A stretch of 64,000 nucleotides of DNA from a bacterium (GCA_030696105.1 JAUYNJ010000002.1:3764-67763), one strand, 5' to 3'; positions 26,654 through 36,625 are shown, counted from the first letter of the stretch. Numbers and translations are program-made. The notes: generated by a model from the sequence alone, not told the origin.

Positions 26654-27148
26654 TTAAATATTTTCTAGAATTACTAAGGTCAAATTATTGGTCTCCGTAT
26701 CTAATACAGCAAAACTGGCTTGATAGTTGACGCCGCCAAGCGTTCCAGGGTTCGCGACTATTATATTACCCTCCTGTTCAATCCAAGGCTTATGAGTATG
26801 TCCGTAGAAAATATAGTTTAGATCTGTTTGTTCTGAGAGTAAATCGCGCTTGAATGAAGGTTCATGGATTAAGCCAATGCGTTTGCCGGCAATAGTAAGG
26901 TGTCCGTATCGTCCGATGAAAAAAAACTTAGAATTATTCTTAATCTTTTCTGCTTCGTATGTTTCCGCGTTTCCAGCAATAAGATAAATTGTACCATCAA
27001 ATTCTGCCTGAATTTGTGCCAGCGTGTCTGCGGTCGCTAAGTCACCGCAGAAAAGCAGGATTTTAATACCCTGCTTGGCGGCGTAGTCATTAAATTTTTG
27101 CCAGTTCAATCGATTGTCGTGTAAATCGGCAGCAATCGCAATTAGCAT
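26654..27148 (-). CDS. Metallophosphoesterase (YfcE/MJ0936 family)
   Basis: 164-aa ORF with motifs AIAADLHD, CGDLA, GNAE and GHTHKPW. Confidence 0.8.
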   Translation of the reverse strand: MLIAIAADLHDNRLNWQKFNDYAAKQGIKILLFCGDLATADTLAQIQAEFDGTIYLIAGNAETYEAEKIKNNSKFFFIGRYGHLTIAGKRIGLIHEPSFKRDLLSEQTDLNYIFYGHTHKPWIEQEGNIIVANPGTLGGVNYQASFAVLDTETNNLTLVILENI

Positions 27149-27151
27149 AGT

Positions 27152-27727
27152 TTATAAATCTTTACGTAGGCGAATTTCGTAGGCCATCTGCTCAAGTTTG
27201 CGTAGATGTCCACGCGCTTGGTCATATTTAGTACGTAAATAGCCGGTTAAATCGAAGTCTAGTAAGCTGTTCATTATCTCTTCAGCCTTCTCCTTCATTT
27301 CGGCCACGCTTTCGTATTTACCCTTGGCGGCGCGATTGGTAGCAATACGTACCATTTCACCGATGAGGTCGCAGAGTCCACCGAGGTAACTGTCGTAGCC
27401 GAGGGTTAGGCCCTTTATTGGGGTAATTTTTTTGCCAGTGACGACAAAAGAGAGAGTTTTGGCTTCAACGTATTCTTCAGCGGCAGCGTGATAAGCGCCT
27501 TCTTCACGTAAACGAGTTACTCCAAACTCTTTTTCCATTTTTTTCAGCAAAGTCTCCATTGTTTCCAGCTTTTCTTCCGCTACCTTTATTTCTTCTCGTT
27601 GCAAGGCAAATATGGTTTTCTTGGCCTGGAACAAGACATCGTTTGAGCGACTGATAATTTGACGTCTTTCTTGCTCACGCTTTTTGTAATCAGCTTTTAA
27701 TTTGTTGACGAAGGAGGCGTTAATCAT
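27152..27727 (-). CDS. Translin-family-like helical protein
   Basis: 191-aa ORF. All-helical, with YLGGLCDLIGEMVR resembling the translin family signature. Recalled from memory, not searched. Confidence 0.5.
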   Translation of the reverse strand: MINASFVNKLKADYKKREQERRQIISRSNDVLFQAKKTIFALQREEIKVAEEKLETMETLLKKMEKEFGVTRLREEGAYHAAAEEYVEAKTLSFVVTGKKITPIKGLTLGYDSYLGGLCDLIGEMVRIATNRAAKGKYESVAEMKEKAEEIMNSLLDFDLTGYLRTKYDQARGHLRKLEQMAYEIRLRKDL

Positions 27728-27748
27728 AGGTATTGAATTGATAGTTAA

Positions 27749-30700
27749 TTAAATGACGCGGAAAATTTCATCAAGGCTGGTTTCTCCGGCGAGAGCCTTA
27801 AGGAGGCCGTCTTGCGCAATAGTAACAGTGCCGTTCTTAATCGCCTCTTGTTCGATATCGTAATCTGTGGCATTGTCGCTCTGCACCAGCTTCGCGATAG
27901 CTGGCGTTGAAGCAATTGTTTCGTAAAGTCCAAGGCGTCCTTTATAACCAATATTATTACACACCTCGCAACCTCGTCCTCGGAAGAAGGTTAATTTGCT
28001 TGGAATGTTAATTTTTTTATTATTAATACTGCCAAGAATTTCCTGAGCACGCTGTAAATGTTCTGCTGACGGCTTGTCTTCTTCCTTGCAGTTAGAACAG
28101 AGGCGGCGAGCTAAGCGCTGGCCAATAGAGAACTCAATGGCGTTGGCAAGAGCATTTTTATCAACTCCTAAGCCCGCAAAACGAGAAATTGCACCGGCTG
28201 CGCTATTAGCGTGAATAGTAGAGAGCACAAGGTGACCGGTTAAAGCGGCTTCAATCGCAGTTTTTGCAGTTTCTTCGTCACGAATTTCACCAATCATCAT
28301 GATGTTTGGATTTTGGCGAAGCAGCGAACGCATCGCAGCACTGAAAGTATAGCCGTGCTCAGAGTCTATTTGTGTTTGCATCACACCGGCTAGCTGATAT
28401 TCTATTGGATCTTCAACGGTAATAATTTTTACATCCGCCTTATTGAGCTTATTTAAAATACCGTATAAAGTTGTGGTTTTACCAGAGCCGGTTGGTCCGG
28501 TGGTGATAATTATTCCCTTTGTTTTAGTAATGGCCTTATCTAGAGTTTCTTTGGCGACCGAAGTAATGCCGAGTTGCTCTAAATCAAGACTGGCAGCAGA
28601 GTTACTAAGTAGGCGCACGACGATAGTTTCACCGTAACCGCCGGCGATGATAGATAAGCGACAATCAATTTTCTTTTTAGGTAAATAAACACTGAAGCGG
28701 CCATCTAATGTTGCGCGCTTAACGTTGGTGGCAAAACCGGCGAGTATTTTTACCTCTGATAGAATTGGTAAGTAGCTTGTTTTTGGTAAGTCAAGCATGT
28801 CATGCATAACACCATCAATACGGAAGCGAACTTTTACGCCTGTTTCTGCTGGTTCGATGTGGACATCGCCCGCCTCACTGGCGGCAGCAACGCCCATAAT
28901 TAATTTAATAAGTTCCTTTGAAGGAACGTCGCTTAAGTTGATGGGTGAGCCAACATTTTTTGATAAAGCCTCGGCGCGCTCATATTCAGCTTCACTAATT
29001 TTTACACCACGACCAATAGTTTGCGAAATAACAATGTCATATAATTCATCAACGTAATCAAAGTTGCCGACAACGCGATAAACCTCATCAAGAGAAGTGA
29101 TGCCGTCGATACACTTTAAAACACCATCTTGCAGCATTGTAATCATGCCGTTTTCAATCGTTTGCTGTAAAATTTTGAACGCGGGTGCTTTGTCGATAGT
29201 GAGTTGCTTAAGGGTATCGTCCATGGTAAAAATCTCATAAATACCGAGACGCCCTTTATACCCGGTGAAGTTACACTTATCACAACCGTCGCCAGCGACA
29301 TATAGCATTGGCAGTTTGGCTGGTATTTCAATATTGGCTTTTGGTGAGATAACGGCTAAGATTTTCTGAACCCTTTCATTCTCGGTCGCATCAAGCTCGT
29401 GTTCGCGTCGGCAGTGGGGGCATAATTTACGAACAAGGCGTTGTCCGACGACAGCGTTAATAGAGGGCACAAGAAAATAGGGCTTAACCCCGATATCGAT
29501 TAGTCGGGGAATAACGCCGGCAGCATCGTTTGTGTGTAGGGTGGAAAGCACCAAGTGCCCGGTCAGCGACGCTTGGACGGATATTTCGGCCGTTTCGAGG
29601 TCGCGTATTTCGCCGACCATGATAATGTTAGGATCTTGACGTAAAATTGAGCGCAAACCATCAGAAAAAGTATAACCCTTGGATGCGTCGACTTGGCTTT
29701 GATTAATACCTTCAAGTTGATATTCAATTGGGTCTTCAAGAGTGACGATTTTTGCACCAGGGAGATTTAAACGATTTAAAATTGCATAGAGAGTTGTCGT
29801 TTTACCTGATCCAGTAGGACCGGTTGTCAGAATTAAGCCGTTTGGCTTATCAATTTCTTTTTTAAGTAATTCCATCATCGCCGGGCGCATCCCTAGTTTT
29901 TCAAATTCAAGCGACGATGCCTTAGAGTCAAGCAAACGCATGACGACGCTTTCGCCGTATGCTGTAGGGAGGAAGGAGGAACGTACATCAATGCGACCAT
30001 CTTTTAAGTAAATAGTATAACGACCATCTTGTGGTTTGTTGGTAATGTTAATTTTGACGCGCGCTAAAATCTTCATGCGTGTAGCAATCTTTTTCCATTT
30101 ATCACGATCAATAGTAGCTGCATCTTGCAGTACTCCGTCAATACGAAAGCGAATCGCGACGCCTTTTTCTTCAGCTTCAATGTGGATGTCAGAAGAACCA
30201 ACCTTAATAGCGGTTGCGAGTAGCAGTGTTACAATATCGCTGACATTAACATCGTTAATTTTTTCATTAAGACTTTTAAAATTTTCAATATCATTCTTAA
30301 AATGCTCAAGATTTTCTTCAGTAATGGCGACACCGTTATCAATATGTTTAACGCGCGGGATAGATTTGTAGGCCTCAAAAGCGAGATCTAGGCTGTTCTG
30401 TGAAATTAAATATAATTTGCCTTTAGTAAAATACTGAGTATTTAAACGCTCGAGCTCGTCGGCAATTTCTTCGCTTGGCTCAACGCAGGCGAGGCGTACA
30501 TTGGCGCCATCATAAAAAAAGCAAACGGCGTTAATGGCGCGCGCTTGCTCCTCGGAGATGAGGCTTAGAGCCTCTGGGCTGATAGGGAATCCGAAAAGAT
30601 TGGCATAAGGTAAGCCGATAAGAGCGGCTCTCTTTTCAGTTTCACGTTCAATTTCCTTTTGTTTTATCTCAACCTGTTTTTTCGCGAACTTACCCTGGAC

Positions 30701-30763
30701 TGTATCTTCGTCGTGGGCTGAGTTGGGATTAATCAAGTTGTCGATGTTTGCAATATCGCTCAT
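27749..30763 (-). CDS. Tandem-fused type II/IV secretion ATPase (two complete PilB/GspE modules in one polypeptide)
   Basis: 1004-aa ORF. Module 1 has GPTGSGKTTTLYAILNRL, IIMVGEIRDLETA, TGHLVLSTLHTNDAAG and CPHC..CDKC. Module 2 has GPTGSGKTTTLYGILNKL, IMMIGEIRDEETA, TGHLVLSTIHANSAAG and CSNC..CEVC. Confidence 0.9.
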   Translation of the reverse strand: MSDIANIDNLINPNSAHDEDTVQGKFAKKQVEIKQKEIERETEKRAALIGLPYANLFGFPISPEALSLISEEQARAINAVCFFYDGANVRLACVEPSEEIADELERLNTQYFTKGKLYLISQNSLDLAFEAYKSIPRVKHIDNGVAITEENLEHFKNDIENFKSLNEKINDVNVSDIVTLLLATAIKVGSSDIHIEAEEKGVAIRFRIDGVLQDAATIDRDKWKKIATRMKILARVKINITNKPQDGRYTIYLKDGRIDVRSSFLPTAYGESVVMRLLDSKASSLEFEKLGMRPAMMELLKKEIDKPNGLILTTGPTGSGKTTTLYAILNRLNLPGAKIVTLEDPIEYQLEGINQSQVDASKGYTFSDGLRSILRQDPNIIMVGEIRDLETAEISVQASLTGHLVLSTLHTNDAAGVIPRLIDIGVKPYFLVPSINAVVGQRLVRKLCPHCRREHELDATENERVQKILAVISPKANIEIPAKLPMLYVAGDGCDKCNFTGYKGRLGIYEIFTMDDTLKQLTIDKAPAFKILQQTIENGMITMLQDGVLKCIDGITSLDEVYRVVGNFDYVDELYDIVISQTIGRGVKISEAEYERAEALSKNVGSPINLSDVPSKELIKLIMGVAAASEAGDVHIEPAETGVKVRFRIDGVMHDMLDLPKTSYLPILSEVKILAGFATNVKRATLDGRFSVYLPKKKIDCRLSIIAGGYGETIVVRLLSNSAASLDLEQLGITSVAKETLDKAITKTKGIIITTGPTGSGKTTTLYGILNKLNKADVKIITVEDPIEYQLAGVMQTQIDSEHGYTFSAAMRSLLRQNPNIMMIGEIRDEETAKTAIEAALTGHLVLSTIHANSAAGAISRFAGLGVDKNALANAIEFSIGQRLARRLCSNCKEEDKPSAEHLQRAQEILGSINNKKINIPSKLTFFRGRGCEVCNNIGYKGRLGLYETIASTPAIAKLVQSDNATDYDIEQEAIKNGTVTIAQDGLLKALAGETSLDEIFRVI

Positions 30764-30841
30764 AGCTTGCTTACTAATAACCGCGGCCTATCCGCCGAAA
30801 AAACGGTGGCGAAAGCCGCGGCTGAATGCTTGCTTGATTAT

Positions 30842-31810
30842 TTATTTTGACTGGAACAAGCGTTCAATTTTACTTCGACCACGCTTTGTCTGAAGGTGAA
30901 GGAAAAGGCTTGTCCAGGTTGAAATTTGAAAAGTATTAAGGATAGAGGCGACAACAATCATTACCACAATAATAAGCATTGAGCTTAAGGCGGTTAAGAA
31001 GGGTGCGTATAGTTGAAGCGAAAAAACAAATAAAGGAATGAAGAACAGGAAGAGAACAATTAAAGTTAATATTCCGACAGCGAAATTAATAATAAATAGG
31101 ATAAGTGCCATTTCTAAGCTGACGAGCCAGTTCTTTCTAAATATTTCCCATCCATTTTCTAAAGAGGCGGTATAGCCAGTGCCTTCAAGAACACGTGAGG
31201 CAATGGCATACTTCATAATCAGGGCAATAGAAAGAGCAATCGGTACAAAGACAATAAATAGAATAATGTAAGCAATGGCTAAAACGGTAGTGTCGGTAAA
31301 AAAGAGGAAAACAAGCGGCAAGCTGATTATAAAAAAGCTAAGAGAAATAGTAACGCAACTTGTGATATTTATAGCGAGCACCTTCCAGAAATGTCTGCGT
31401 CCGCCAACTAAACCCTCGCTTATTGTCATTTCTAAATCCTTTTTCTTACTTACCATGGCGCGTGCACTCTGCATGACAATAGCCGCTTGAGAAACAATCG
31501 CGAGATATACCATCACGAGAGTCATAACCAGGGCGAGCGCTAAAACGGAGGCTATAGCCCAGAAGGCAGCTGGATTCCCGCTTGCCATCTCCGCAATGCC
31601 CTGATAAAGAGTTGGATTAAATAAGGTGTATAGCAGTAAAAAGCCGCTGCTCGCAAATAGCCCACCGGGCTCGCTATTCATACCTGACCCTAGAATCTGA
31701 TATTCACCACCGATGGCGATGAAAGCGGCGAAAATGCCGAAAAACCAGAGATGACGGTAGGTTTTAGTGATGTTCCAAGCTTGCTTTAAGAAGAAACGAT
31801 AAGAGAACAT
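30842..31810 (-). CDS. Polytopic membrane protein (hypothetical)
   Basis: 322-aa ORF with about 7-8 hydrophobic helices. No catalytic motif recognised. Confidence 0.5.
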   Translation of the reverse strand: MFSYRFFLKQAWNITKTYRHLWFFGIFAAFIAIGGEYQILGSGMNSEPGGLFASSGFLLLYTLFNPTLYQGIAEMASGNPAAFWAIASVLALALVMTLVMVYLAIVSQAAIVMQSARAMVSKKKDLEMTISEGLVGGRRHFWKVLAINITSCVTISLSFFIISLPLVFLFFTDTTVLAIAYIILFIVFVPIALSIALIMKYAIASRVLEGTGYTASLENGWEIFRKNWLVSLEMALILFIINFAVGILTLIVLFLFFIPLFVFSLQLYAPFLTALSSMLIIVVMIVVASILNTFQISTWTSLFLHLQTKRGRSKIERLFQSK

Positions 31811-31923
31811 AAGATTAAAATTACTATAAAAAATAAGCTTAAAACCTAGATCGCTACGGATTGAAAAATTCGGCTAGGTTTGCTACTATTATAACATATT
31901 TAATAAATTATTACCAAGCATTT

Positions 31924-33144
31924 ATGGCTAAAGCGAACACTGATCAGAGCATGATTGCGGAAATTTTAGAGCGGGGCGTGGAAAAAATTTATCCTAACGG
32001 CTCTGAATTGCAAAAAAAATTGGAAAGCGGAAAAATATTACGTATTTATTGTGGCTTCGACCCGAGTGCTTCGTCTTTGCATGTGGGTAACGCCATCGCC
32101 TTAGTGAAGCTCGCTCAATTTCAACGTCTTGGTCATAAGATTATATTTTTAATTGGTGGCTTTACCGGCATGATTGGTGACCCAACCGATAAGCAGGCGG
32201 CGCGTAAGCAGCTTACCCGCGAGGAAGTGCTAGCTAACGCTACAAATTTTGTAAAACAAGCCGAGGCTTATATTAATTTTGAAGGAAAAAATTCAGCGGA
32301 AGTTAGATATAACAATGAATGGCATGATAAGTTGAACTTTACTGATTTAATTGGCCTCTCTTCACACTTTACTGTTCAGCAGATGATTGCTCGCGATATG
32401 TTTAAGAAAAGATTAGAAGAAGAAAAACCAATTTTCTTACATGAGTTCTTATATCCACTTGCTCAAGCCTATGACAGTGTGATGCTAGATGTTGACGTTG
32501 AAGTCGGTGGCAATGATCAGATGTTTAATATGATGTGCGGACGCGATTTGATGAAGGCAGTCAAGAATAAAGAGAAGAGCGTCTTAACAATGAAGCTCAT
32601 CACCGATAATGAAGGTAAAAAGATGGGCAAAAGTGAAGGCAATGTCGTAATGCTTGATTCTGATGCGGCTGACATGTACGGTCGCGTGATGTCTTGGCCT
32701 GATAGCGTCCTGGCAGCTGGTTTTGAGCTCTGCACTTTACTGCCAAGAGAAGAGGCGGATACGCTCGCGCAAGCAGTTAATGATAATCCGCGTGATTCAA
32801 AGATGCGTTTAGCCTTCGAAATAACGAAAATTAACCATGGCGAGGAAGCGGCTCAGGCGGCGCAGGATAAATTCGTCAAAACTGTGCAAAATAAAGAAAT
32901 ACCAGATGAGATTGAGGTGAAAAGCCTCGCCGCTGGTAAGTATAAGATTATCGATTTATTATCGGCTTTAAATTTGAGTGCTAGTCGCGGTGAAGCTAAG
33001 CGTTTAATTGAACAGGGTGGTATTAAGATTGGTTACGGCGACTCAATGAAGACTTTTACCGACAGCCAGGCAGAAGTCGAGGTAATTTCAAATTTAATTG
33101 TTCAGCGCGGCAAAAGACAGTTTATAAAAATATCGACCGACTAA
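31924..33144 (+). CDS. tyrS: Tyrosyl-tRNA synthetase
   Basis: HIGH-type motif (FDPSASSLHVGN), KMSKS-type motif (KMGKS) and a C-terminal S4 domain. The ORF track starts at a TTG at 31861; the ATG at 31924 is the more likely start. Confidence 0.9.
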   Translation: MAKANTDQSMIAEILERGVEKIYPNGSELQKKLESGKILRIYCGFDPSASSLHVGNAIALVKLAQFQRLGHKIIFLIGGFTGMIGDPTDKQAARKQLTREEVLANATNFVKQAEAYINFEGKNSAEVRYNNEWHDKLNFTDLIGLSSHFTVQQMIARDMFKKRLEEEKPIFLHEFLYPLAQAYDSVMLDVDVEVGGNDQMFNMMCGRDLMKAVKNKEKSVLTMKLITDNEGKKMGKSEGNVVMLDSDAADMYGRVMSWPDSVLAAGFELCTLLPREEADTLAQAVNDNPRDSKMRLAFEITKINHGEEAAQAAQDKFVKTVQNKEIPDEIEVKSLAAGKYKIIDLLSALNLSASRGEAKRLIEQGGIKIGYGDSMKTFTDSQAEVEVISNLIVQRGKRQFIKISTD

Positions 33145-33146
33145 CT

Positions 33147-34832
33147 ATGTATTTACAGGAAATAAAAGAACAATTAGCATCAATGCTGGAGGTCGTGCCG
33201 ACAGATTTTGTTTATCCTCCCGCTGCTGACCTCGGAGACTTAAGTCTGCCCTTATTTGCCCTAGCTAAGACGCGTGGTCTTAGTCCGGTGGAGTTAGCGA
33301 AGGAGCTCGCAGCTTCACTGAAGGAGTCGCCTAAGTTTATTGGTGTCGTAAAAAATGTTAACGCAGTTGGCCCTTATTTAAATTTTTATCTTGATAGTGG
33401 CAACCTTGTTTCGAGTGTGATTTCCGATATCGAAAAATTTGGGATTCGTTACGGTGAAAGTGATAATGGCCACGAGGAAATAGTAATGGTGGAATTTTCT
33501 AACGCCAATACTCATAAGGAATATCATATTGGCCATCTGCGTAATCTGTTTTATGGAGACACTATATCTCGAATGCTCCGTTTAAACGGTTATCAGACAA
33601 TTCCTGTTTCATATATTAATGATTTTGGTATTCACACAGCGAAGACTCTATGGAATTGGCGTCGGAACCCCGAATTTGCAGCTCAGGATGGTCCCAAGGG
33701 CCGCTTACTCGGTGAATGCTATGCGCAGGCCGCGAAAGAGTTAGAGGGCAACGAAGAAGCTAAGGTCGAATTAGCAGCGGTAATGAAGCAAATCGAGAAG
33801 CGTAAAGGTGAGATGTATGAACTCTGGAAAGAAACCAGGGAGTGGAGCATTTCATACCTCGATGAAATCTACCAGCGCCTCGGTATTAAATTTGAAAACA
33901 TTTTCTATGAGAGTGAAGAAATTGATGAAGGCCTGCGGATGGTAGAGGAATTTTTGCAGCGTGGTGTGTTTATCCGTAGTCAAGGAGCCGTTATCGCTGA
34001 CCTGGATGAATATGGGCTTGGCGTTTTACCTATCATCCGCTCTGATGGCACGGCCCTGTATCCAGCTGCTGATTTAGCGCTGGCTCGTCGCAAATTCCAA
34101 GCTTACGATATTAATGAGTCAATATACGTAGTTGATATCAGGCAAGGCCTGTACTTTAAGCAATTAGGCAAAATATTTGAGTTAGCCGGTGAAAATTTCA
34201 ATATCACTCATCTTGGCTATGACTTTGTTACGCTTAAAAATGGGATGATGTCATCTCGCACCGGTAATGTCATTACTTACGCCCAGATTATAAACGAAGC
34301 TTATACGCGTGCAGAGAAAGAAATAATCACAAGGCACGAAGATTGGGATGCAGAGAAGGTGAATAAAATTGCCGAGGCGCTAACCGTTGCTGCTTTGAAA
34401 TTTGAAATGCTCAAAATAAGCGCTGATAAAGTCATTACTTTCGATATGGAGGAGGCCCTACGTTTTGATGGCTTTACCGCCGCTTATCTTCAATATACCG
34501 GCGCTCGTATTGCGAGCATCCTGCGTAAAGCGGACGAAAATATAGCAGCGGATTATAGTCTTTTAATTCACCCCAAAGAACACGCCCTGGCTATGCAGCT
34601 ATCTCAGTACCAAGAGGCGCTCGTTAAAGCGGGAGCACAGCGAGACCCTTCAATTATTGCGCGGTATCTGTTCGAGTTAGCGCAGGTCGTTAATGACTAT
34701 TATCATGAAGTAAATATCTTAAAAGCAAGCACTGATGAAAAAATTGCCCGTTTAGGCTTACTAAGAGCGGTAAAACAAGCGCTAGCTAACGGCTTCCGCA
34801 CGCTCGGCTTTGCCTATTTGGAGGAAATGTAA
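33147..34832 (+). CDS. argS: Arginyl-tRNA synthetase
   Basis: 561-aa ORF. SNANTHKEYHIGHLRN (HIGH), MSSRTGNV, and a C-terminal anticodon-binding domain ending in M. Confidence 0.9.
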   Translation: MYLQEIKEQLASMLEVVPTDFVYPPAADLGDLSLPLFALAKTRGLSPVELAKELAASLKESPKFIGVVKNVNAVGPYLNFYLDSGNLVSSVISDIEKFGIRYGESDNGHEEIVMVEFSNANTHKEYHIGHLRNLFYGDTISRMLRLNGYQTIPVSYINDFGIHTAKTLWNWRRNPEFAAQDGPKGRLLGECYAQAAKELEGNEEAKVELAAVMKQIEKRKGEMYELWKETREWSISYLDEIYQRLGIKFENIFYESEEIDEGLRMVEEFLQRGVFIRSQGAVIADLDEYGLGVLPIIRSDGTALYPAADLALARRKFQAYDINESIYVVDIRQGLYFKQLGKIFELAGENFNITHLGYDFVTLKNGMMSSRTGNVITYAQIINEAYTRAEKEIITRHEDWDAEKVNKIAEALTVAALKFEMLKISADKVITFDMEEALRFDGFTAAYLQYTGARIASILRKADENIAADYSLLIHPKEHALAMQLSQYQEALVKAGAQRDPSIIARYLFELAQVVNDYYHEVNILKASTDEKIARLGLLRAVKQALANGFRTLGFAYLEEM

Positions 34833-34854
34833 TTAATCAACTTACAAATATTCT

Positions 34855-36234
34855 ATGGCTCAAGAAAAAGTAGAAGATCAGACAATGGAGAAAATTGTAT
34901 CACTCGCCAAGCGACGTGGCTTTGTATTTCCGGCTTGTGAAATCTATGGTGGCCTTGGTAGCAGTTTTAGTTACGGGCCATACGGTACCGCTTTGAAAAA
35001 TAATATTAAGGCTTTGTGGCTCAAGCGCTTTGTTGATAGTCGTGATGATATGTATGCCATTGATGGTCCGATTATCCTACATCCCGCCCTTTGGAAAGCA
35101 AGCGGTCACACCGAAGGATTTAATGATGCGATGGTTGATTGTAAAAAGTGTAAAAAACGCTTCCGCGCCGATCACTTAGTGGAAGAAGCAACAGGCAAAG
35201 ATCACGAGGGCGACTTAGAAAAACTGAACACCGCTTTAGCGGCAGGCATTCCTTGTCCAAATTGTAAGGCTCAGCAATGGACGGAGGCTCGTTTCTTCAG
35301 TTTGATGTTTAAAACCGATATGAATGGACTGGATGAGCCGGTTTATCTACGTCCGGAAACAGCCGGGGCCATTTTTGTCGAGTTCAATAATATTTTAGAT
35401 ACCATGCGTCCGAAATTACCATTCGGGATTGCTCAAATCGGTAAAGCTTTCCGCAACGAGATTGTTACCGGCAACTTTGTCTTCCGAGTGCGTGAGTTTG
35501 AGCAGATGGAAATTGAATATTTTATTGATCCTGAAAAAGAATGGGAAGATGTTTTTGAAAATTTATTAAAAGAACAGGAAGCGTTTTGCCGCGACCTTGG
35601 TTTAGCTGAAGGTTCATTTACTCGCCGCGAGCACGCGCCCGAAAAGTTGTCTCACTATTCTCGCAAAACAGTTGATATGGAATATAATTTTCCCTTTGGC
35701 GTCAAAGAATTGTTCGGTTTAGCTCACCGTGGCGACTTTGACTTAAAAGTACACTCCGAGCACTCAGGCAAGAAACTTGAGTTCTTTGATGCTGTTAGTA
35801 ACAGGAGATTTATACCACATGTTATTGAGCCAAGCTTTGGTGTCGAGCGCGCCTTGCTCGCAACTCTGCACGCCGCGTATAACGAAGAGACGCTTGAGGG
35901 CGGTGAAGAGCGTGCCGTTTTGAAATTACCTTATCAACTTGCCCCGGTTAAAGTTGCAATCTTCCCTTTACTTAAAAATAAAGAGCCACTAGTTGAAAAG
36001 GCCCGTGAAATATACTCAGAATTGCGCTCGGTCATTACTTGTGAGTTTGATGATAATGGAAATATTGGTAAACGTTATCGTCGTCAGGATGAAATCGGTA
36101 CGCCTTTTTGTGTGACAGTTGACTTTGATACTCTGGAAAATAATGAAGTGACAGTGCGCGAGCGCGATAGTATGAAACAAGAAAAAGTTTCTGTGTTTGG
36201 GCTAAAAGAATATCTGCAAGCGCGACTAAAATAA
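34855..36234 (+). CDS. glyQS: Glycyl-tRNA synthetase (dimeric class II type)
   Basis: 459-aa ORF. N-terminus RRGFVFPACEIYGGLGSSFSYGPYG, class II motifs (FRNEIVTGNFVFRVREFEQME; GVERAL) and an anticodon-binding C-terminus. Confidence 0.9.
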   Translation: MAQEKVEDQTMEKIVSLAKRRGFVFPACEIYGGLGSSFSYGPYGTALKNNIKALWLKRFVDSRDDMYAIDGPIILHPALWKASGHTEGFNDAMVDCKKCKKRFRADHLVEEATGKDHEGDLEKLNTALAAGIPCPNCKAQQWTEARFFSLMFKTDMNGLDEPVYLRPETAGAIFVEFNNILDTMRPKLPFGIAQIGKAFRNEIVTGNFVFRVREFEQMEIEYFIDPEKEWEDVFENLLKEQEAFCRDLGLAEGSFTRREHAPEKLSHYSRKTVDMEYNFPFGVKELFGLAHRGDFDLKVHSEHSGKKLEFFDAVSNRRFIPHVIEPSFGVERALLATLHAAYNEETLEGGEERAVLKLPYQLAPVKVAIFPLLKNKEPLVEKAREIYSELRSVITCEFDDNGNIGKRYRRQDEIGTPFCVTVDFDTLENNEVTVRERDSMKQEKVSVFGLKEYLQARLK

Positions 36235-36439
36235 ATATTAATTATTGCTAAATAAAATTTACAAAGAGGAGCGAAGAGCTCTTTTTTGTTTTTTGTGAAA
36301 AAAACTTCAAAAACTATTGTATTAAAATTGTGAAGAGTGTATAATATTGATAGTTAAGTTAAATTTATTTTAAAAAGATTTATTTTAAATTTTTTTAAAA
36401 ATATAAAATGGGAAATTTCCCAGAAAGGAGGTGAGCAAT

Positions 36440-36625
36440 ATGGCTACTGCAAAAAAAACTGCAAAAAAAACTGTAAAAAAGACAGCAAAAAAACCTGCTG
36501 TTAAGAAGGTTGTAAAAAAAGTCAAAAAGGTGGTTAAGAAGGTGGTAAAGAAGGCTGCTCCTAAGAAGGCTGTCAAAAAGACCGCAAAAAAACCAGCTAA
36601 AAAGACTGCTAAAAAGAAGAAATAA
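36440..36625 (+). CDS. Lys/Ala-rich histone H1-like basic protein
   Basis: About 61 aa of KKTAKK / VKKVVKK repeats. AGGAGG lies 8 nt upstream of the ATG at 36440. A TTGTAT-17-TATAAT promoter lies upstream. The antisense ORF is a low-complexity shadow. Confidence 0.6.
   Translation: MATAKKTAKKTVKKTAKKPAVKKVVKKVKKVVKKVVKKAAPKKAVKKTAKKPAKKTAKKKK

Noticed and set aside
27745-27951. 68-aa minus-strand ORF overlapping the 3' end of the fused ATPase gene
   Set aside because: It is an alternative frame inside the conserved C-terminus of the PilB-like protein.
31811-31923. T-box riboswitch leaders upstream of tyrS, valS, trpS and the other aaRS genes
   Set aside because: The upstream gaps are only ~35-120 nt, too short for a T-box (~200-300 nt). 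No T-box consensus (AGAGA / specifier / antiterminator bulge) was seen.
36385-36576. 63-aa minus-strand ORF (FFTTFLT repeats) opposite the Lys-rich gene
   Set aside because: It is the mirror image of a low-complexity AAR/GCN repeat. The + strand frame has an AGGAGG ribosome-binding site and a promoter; the minus frame has neither.
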